Shown: in pieces, positions 56,108-64,000 of the stretch | How positions within the stretch are numbered: position 1 is the first letter of the stretch | How the letters are laid out: every line of letters starts with the position of its first letter | Assembly: GCA_951406725.2 (NCBI GenBank) | Contig: OX597816.1 | Span: 163,370,001 to 163,434,000, forward strand | DNA: 64,000 bases | Source: Octopus vulgaris | Lineage: Eukaryota | Direction: 5' to 3' | Program-made: the position numbers and the translations under genes | The notes under the pieces: model-generated | Told to the model about the DNA's origin: nothing | Database searches by the model: none | Seen by the model: only the letters and a program-made list of their open reading frames with translations

Positions 56108-56767
56108 CATGTAAGTATGTATTTATACATACGTAACTGCCAACCAATGCATGCTAGGGTGTGCATGGGTATGTACGATTTATTTTTATTCTTAGCGTGC
56201 AAACTAGTTGTATGAAAAATGTAAATGTATTGCTTAAAATCCCGATGCAAGGTAAGTCCTATAAGCTGACACAAAACCTTTTGTAGTGGAATGTAGTAAG
56301 AATACAACTGAGGAACATCTATAAAATGTGAGGAAATGAAGGGTGAACAAAGTAAAAATTGAAAATAAAAATTATAAAAATAAAAATGCATAAACATAGT
56401 TTGTAAACAAGGAAATTGCAGTTCTTTGTAAGCATATAATTACATACATACATAGACACATCGACTTATATACATACATATATATATTCATATACATAAA
56501 TATGTATAAATATATATATATACATATATATATACATATATATACATATATATGTATGTATATATATACATACACATGTATATAGGTAGCCATATGTAAA
56601 TTGATTCCTACAAGTAAAACAAGCGGACGAAGAATTACAATACCGTTCGTATCTTAGAAGGCATATTTCTTGTACTTACGCCCGTTTCGTTACATATGTA
56701 TTCATGTATATGTCGCTGTATTTATACATGTATACCGCATATACATACTCCCGTATGAGTATTTCTG

Positions 56768-56805
<38 letters not shown>

Positions 56806-56878
56806 AATATATATACATATATATGTGTGTATATATATACATTTATATATACACATATATATCCACATATATATAAAA

Positions 56879-56909
<31 letters not shown>

Positions 56910-56980
56910 TATGTGTGTATATATATATACATTTATATATATACATATAAGTGTGAATATATAAATATATATATATATGC

Positions 56981-57066
<86 letters not shown>

Positions 57067-58055
57067 GTATATATACAATTTATAATATAAATACATAAAT
57101 ATCCATATAAATATATCTATACATATATATCTTCATATATATGCAGATATATCTAGCTATATACGAACATGTACGAACACATACATATATTAATACGCAC
57201 ATACACACACATATATATATATACACACATCTATCTATCTATATATATATAAGTATGTCCGTATGTGTGTATGTATGTATGTATGTATGTATGTATGTAT
57301 GTATGTATGTATGTATGTATGTATGTATGTATTCATATATATATCTATGTTCATATTTATGTGCGTGTGTATATGCATTTCAAGAGATATCTGTATAAGC
57401 TGAAAATAAGATTGCAGCAGGAAAAACAGCACGTGCTGTCAATAACCGTTTGAAAGGATACGCACTACTTGAAACGAGAGTAAAATCAACTGAGCAAAAG
57501 AAAACAAATGAAAGTTGAAGAAACAAACACAGCTAAGTAACCGCCGTTTCACTGATGCATCAAAACTAAGAGGATTATCTCCCCCTGCAACTTGTATTGG
57601 CCGGGATGAGTCGCTACATTCTTCTAACATAATTTAGAACGACGTGGCACAATTTACTGGAGTAGGGTGCAGAGAGAAAAGAAATAAGATATGAAAACTG
57701 GTTTGGCATTCAATAAATATCGATTATTATAAAGATGCTCAAGAAACATTACATGCTTACTGCACCCATCCCTCTATATACCTCCCCCACTTCGTATACA
57801 TACATACAGACATACATATATATATATATATGCTTGTCTGTGTGTGAGTGTATATATATATATGCCTATATGCATGGCTGTCTTTCTCCTCTGTTCGCAT
57901 ATCTACTATACATTTGTCAATATATCTATTTCTCTTGCCATCGTTATGAATATGTATATACGTATCTATCTATCTTTCACCTCATCTCTCTCTCACTCTT
58001 TCTGCTAAGGATATATATACATACATATATATATACATGTATGTATGTATGTATG

Positions 58056-58101
<46 letters not shown>

Positions 58102-58102
58102 T

Positions 58103-58151
<49 letters not shown>

Positions 58152-58206
58152 CAAACAGATAGATAGATAGACATGTAGATAGATAGACAGATAGATAGAT
58201 ACATAC

Positions 58207-58249
<43 letters not shown>

Positions 58250-58757
58250 CATACATACATACATACATACATACATACACACATACATAGACAGCTAGAT
58301 TTAATCACATATGTATCATTTAATTATACATATATATGTATATACATATATATACATACATATATATACGTACATATATATATCCATATTTCTGTCTATA
58401 TATCTCTTTATATAGAAATCGTTCTATGTATCTATCTACCCGAATCAAAGCAAGACTGACAGTTATATGGAGAGAGCGAAAGGTCTTTGAAAGCTGCAGG
58501 AATTATACGCAATACCCATGTCAAAAGCATAACCTATAGCTTAGTTCCGTCTTTACTGATAGCGAGTCCTATCAATCTTGCATTAAGGCGTCCACACGTG
58601 CAACTATTAGGTCGTAAAAAAGGCACTTCCAGTGAACTGCACAATCTATCGACATATACGTTATCATCCGTATGTACATTTGTGTATGAACCTATGTGCG
58701 ATTGTATATGGTTGCATGTGTGTCTGAAAATATGTATAAATATGTGTATGTATATAC

Positions 58758-58804
<47 letters not shown>

Positions 58805-59033
58805 CATATATATACATATACATACATATATAAATATTCATATTCATATACATTTATATAATATATATATGCATACATACACAGACGCATGACACGCTTA
58901 TATAAATGAATGATTATACGTATATGTGTATACATACGACTATAAATATATAAATATATATATATATATATGTATGTTTATATGTATACATGTATATATA
59001 TACATATATATATCTATACATATATATACATAC

Positions 59034-59083
<50 letters not shown>

Positions 59084-59371
59084 GCCTGCATATACAGATG
59101 CATACACGCATATATAAATGGATAAATATACGTAGGCGCGTGTGTGTGTGTATGACACTCCTGTGTGTACGTGCACAGGTAGGTGTATGAATGAGCGTGT
59201 GTGACCGAACGTTCGCGTATAATGAATGAGCAAGTAAGATAGATGCAAGCTTCTTGGTTTTGCAGTGTAAAAGACTGCAGAATCTTTGACACAGACTCGA
59301 AGACTTTTGTAACGATTCAGGCATTGACTTATAAAAGTAGAAATGATAGATCCATAGAGACAAAGTTCGTA

Positions 59372-59416
<45 letters not shown>

Positions 59417-59492
59417 AGAGAGACAGACAGACAGACAGACAGTCAGACAGATAGATAGATAGATATAGCTATAGATATAGATATATACATAT

Positions 59493-59544
<52 letters not shown>

Positions 59545-60095
59545 GTCACTTTAAATGCAGACAGACGCACATAGTATATATACGCTTGCATATACATCAA
59601 TGCGTGTGTGTGTCTGCTTTTCTGTTCTCCTGTCTATGTGTGGGAGGGGGTGCGCGTGTGTATGTCTTTGTGTGCGTGAGTGTGTTTGTGTTTCTGTGTG
59701 TGTGTACGAGTGCGTGTGTGTCTCTCTGTGTATGAGCATGTGTGTGTGAGTACGTGTGCATGTGTGTGTGTGTGTACTTGATTTCATTTTCATCGCTTAT
59801 GACCTAAAGAAAAGTTAATGAAAGATTAAAACGTTTATACCGTTCTTAACTGCTTTGCCAAAATTTATATAACGCGTCTACTTTCTCTCTCTCTCTCTCT
59901 CTCTCTCTCCTTCTCTCTCTCCCCTTCTCTCATCCTCCCTTCACAGGCTCAGTTACACATTCAGAGACACATGCAAACAACTACGCACACATATATGTGT
60001 GCGTATGCGAGTCTGAATTTTCTGGAATTATATGAGATAGATAGATAGATAGATACAGGGAGAGAGAGGAGGGAGAGACAAACTGACAGACAGAC

Positions 60096-60174
<79 letters not shown>

Positions 60175-61031
60175 GAGAGAAAGAGAGAGAGAGAGAGTGG
60201 GGGTGGAGCGGGGGGAGTGAGAGAGAGAGGAGAGAGTGAGTGAGAGAGCGACTGAACTCAGCATATTGTATTTTATAGCAGAGGTTCAGAGTTAAGAATT
60301 CCGTCCAGTGTAAGTTTCATGAAAGGTATTAGGCAGAGTCCCGGTGAGTATCTATTGAATCCGTCCGTTCAATATACATTTAGAAATACAAGAATGTTAT
60401 AAACATGAGCCTTTCTACACAGACATTGATATCTCAGATTTTGAGCAATGCGTTCCTCGTCAGTGAAGCACAAAGGTTTTGTAGTCTATCAGATCTATTT
60501 CGATCAATTTGACAATCTTCACTACCGTATCTTTATCCCCTCCAGATGAACAAATCAGATTTGCCAGCCAGCAAAATTCTTTCTGTCTCGAAGACGAGCG
60601 CATACTTTAACCTACTTTACAAAATTTACCAATCTGTCAATATTCGGAAGCGCGAAACAAAGAAACATGAACTTTGCAGTCTCACTGCAAAACCCATGCA
60701 TTTTCGACCTTTTATTTAAATAATTTTCGTTTTGAAATATTCTTTTTCAACTCGTTCAAAGAAAGTTACCAGCACAGACAACGAAAATTGCAATATCCGT
60801 AAGGTATGGAGTGACTTAGTTTCTAACGTTAAAAATCAAAAGCAACATAGTCTTGTTTCTCTTAGTGACAATAAAGTATCATATTTTCTTTTAGGTTTCT
60901 TAAAGTTATAAGGTCGTAAAATCTTATTATAAAAGAATTCTCCAGGCCAATATACTGTCTGAGAACACTAGTACTTTTAAAATGAAATTTAACATAGTAC
61001 ATCTAAATTTTCGAAAGACAATTACATAGGC

Positions 61032-61378
61032 CAGGGTCACCAACCTTTTTTCACAGCGGGTCAAGTAACTGAGAGAATGGCAAGTGCGGACCCCATAACC
61101 ATTTTGATTTATACAATACTGTGAATCCACAAAAAATAAAGACAACCAAAAAGTTATCAAAGAAGGCGACGTTAGCAATAAGATAGTTATATCACACCCA
61201 ATGTGCACATATCTGAATCTTACAAACTAGGTAGCAAAAAGGGTTTGTGAGATTTGTGAAACTGGTGTTTAGCTTCTAAGGTATCATCAATATCTGTTTT
61301 GGAATTGCTGCATCCAACCAAGAGAATTGCTTTCAACTGTTTATCAGTGAACCTTGTTCGATGTGATCCATTTTTTAT
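61032..61378 (-). mobile_element. hAT (Buster/Charlie-like) transposon 3' end
   Basis: TIR-like CAGGGTCACCAACCTTTTT; minus-strand peptide HRTRFTDKQLKAILLVGCS...DIDD...QFHKSH matches the RSRLTD..L...L....QxHxSH terminus. Confidence 0.75.
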
Positions 61379-61385
61379 GCAGAAT

Positions 61386-61466
<81 letters not shown>

Positions 61467-63776
61467 CAATTAGACTGTGCTGCACATTACTTAAATGTTC
61501 GTGGGTATAGGACACGCACACCTTGTCAAATGGTCAGATGTTCGGACACGTAGACAGTGTTCCAACGTCTGACAACTCTGATGCAACAGTTTGTCAGGAA
61601 AAGCGGAATGGAGAAGCTCATGCAATGTGTAAGTGCTCTCCACCACGATCTTCAGGCCAAAGCTATCTTCTTTCGATAATATAGAGGGCTACATGTATAT
61701 AGTGAAACGGGTATATATATTTATCTGAAACTATGTTTTTTCGGTGTCAGTTTTATATTGTTCTTTGTTATGGATTCTCTCTATAATTGCTGTTCATTGT
61801 TTATTCTTTTCTTTCATACTTTGGGATTCTCTATTATATATCTTTTCGGATTCCGTTCATCTGAACTTGTTTCTGTTTTCTTTGTTGGTTTCGTTTGTTT
61901 GTTTTCTTATTTCGTTCCAGAAATTACTTCTTGTATTTCGTTTCCCGTTGGTTAGTTCAGTGGTCGATCTTTCGCTAGTTGATTAATTGCATAATCGTTT
62001 CCTGTTTTGCTACGGGCTTTTATGCCTGAGTTCTTTATTTGTTTTATAACTATTCTTTCCATGTTTCCCCATTTGTCCTGTAGCAGCTTGTCGGCTGCCT
62101 CACTTATATCTTATTTGGTGATTCTTTACTCCATAAATCGATATTTTTTTATCTGAATTTGCTAAAGATGTTTTTGATATATTCTATGGGGATCGGTTGA
62201 TTTTATAAATGGTGACTCTGAACTATCATTCTTTTTTGTGGCTAATTAGTTTTGTTGTTACCTTGGTGACGGTATCGATGTTGCTCTATTGTTATTACCG
62301 TTGATGTTGTCATCGAAAATTTATCTTGTTCACAATAAAGTCAGAAATCTTTTTTGTTTTCCCCCACCAAAAAATGTAATTTATTTTGGTGTTGGTAACG
62401 TGATACTAACTCATATCTTCTGGTCAGTCAGGAAGACATTCTTGCCTAATTACATCATACTGTTGAACACGAGTTGCAAATCCTGAAAGAATTCATATAA
62501 GGAGTGGGTCTCTATCATTACCCAGCTCATATTTATATTTAAATAATTTTCTACATCAAACCGAAAAAGTCATTTTATTGAAATGTCAATATTTATATAT
62601 TTTTTTAATTGTGGAATAAGTATGTATGTTGTGCGTATCTGGCTTAAACCCATCACTTACAAACCTAAAATAGTATTAACTATTTATCCTTGCTCCTGTA
62701 CTGTAGATTACTTCCAGGGAGGCAATTAGTATATATGGCTTCGATCCGATGCAATTATATTTGTTTTAGGTTAGCGAGCTGGGATTTAAAATATAATATT
62801 GTATGCGGTTTGGATGTTGTTTATTGTTTCTTGTTAAGTTGTAGCTAACTTCAGCGTCGTTCCAGTTGAATAGCATTTAGTATCTACGGCCATTTGGGAA
62901 AATTTTGTCTATGTTACGAAATTCGTTTTTCATTAATGAGGGTGCGTGATTAAAATTCAACCAATTTATCTGAGAAATTCCTTACAAAGAATACTGGAAT
63001 TTTCAAATTGATAATTTCAACTATAATTCAAAATTAATTTACGAAATTGGACTGTTCAAGTAACAATTTGTAGTGCTGTTTCAGGCAATGAAAATATATA
63101 TGTGTTTGTGTCTTCGATATTACTTTATAACCCGATTTGATTATCCGAGTGCTTATAACCAGTGGAGTTAAGTTAGCACTTTCTTTCTCATCCGTTGATG
63201 ACAGTATCGGGCGCATATAATTTTTTATTACCGGAAATATCTATTCTGCGTCGACAGAAGATATAGATTATGCATACGTATTTATTCTACTGTATATATA
63301 TAACTAGATTGTTTTTTTTCCTTCAAGTACCACTCCTCGTCTTAGCTCTACTTCTTTATCATTATATTATCGCTCTAAACCTGACGTTTTATTTACTTTT
63401 ATTAGATAAACTCTTTGCACACATAAAAACAATTAAATCCGATGAAGATAACTTCGTGACAATCCGGTGAACGAAAAAGTCAAACAAAAGTTCGTTCATG
63501 TCCTGGTGATATCATATTTATTTAAATAGATTTATGCTTCGAACTGCTCGGGTGTCAGGTAATATACATTCTGCCCGCGCACGCGCACACACACACACAC
63601 ACACACAGCGCACGTGTATGTGTATGTATGTACATATGCGTATGTATATATATATATATATATATAGATACATACACACACATCTATATCGATGCATACA
63701 TAAATACATATATGTATATATATAGAGAGAGAGATATATATATATAGATACATATACATAAATACATAATGTAGGT

Positions 63777-63843
<67 letters not shown>

Positions 63844-64000
63844 AATACATAATGTAGGTATATATATATATGTGTGTGTATGTATATATATATATATATA
63901 AATTTAATGTCTGTTCTCAGCATATTGGCATAGAAATAATTTTTCTTTTGCCCTTGTTTATAAGTTATATATATACACAAACACACACAAATGTGTATAT

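Noticed and set aside
61460-63480. Possible decayed Penelope-like ORF on the minus strand
   Set aside because: Composition is suggestive but I could not read a diagnostic RT or GIY-YIG motif; needs tBLASTn/HMM.

Overview
AT-rich, repeat-saturated eukaryotic non-coding DNA, most likely an octopus (inferred from SINE families recalled from memory and the extreme (TA)n/(GATA)n/(CA)n/(AAT)n content). No intact protein-coding gene is supportable: nearly all listed ORFs are microsatellite translations, and the recognisable peptides are decayed transposon pieces (R4/Dong-like, RTE and CR1 LINEs, Penelope-like GIY-YIG, mariner, Tc1, hAT). Three tRNA-derived SINE families and two non-autonomous Helitrons are present. 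The main hidden signal is a dense set of type I hammerhead ribozyme motifs, found by reading the sequence: 7 with a canonical CUGANGA/GAAA/NUH core and about 10 variant or decayed ones. They fall into about 9 sequence families, almost all with a palindromic stem-III loop. Many sit in short non-coding elements arranged as inverted repeats, and one pair lies in a ~1.9-unit tandem repeat that predicts a 491-nt ribozyme-bounded monomer (retrozyme or Penelope pLTR architecture). All folds and alignments were done by eye; coordinates of decayed elements are approximate.
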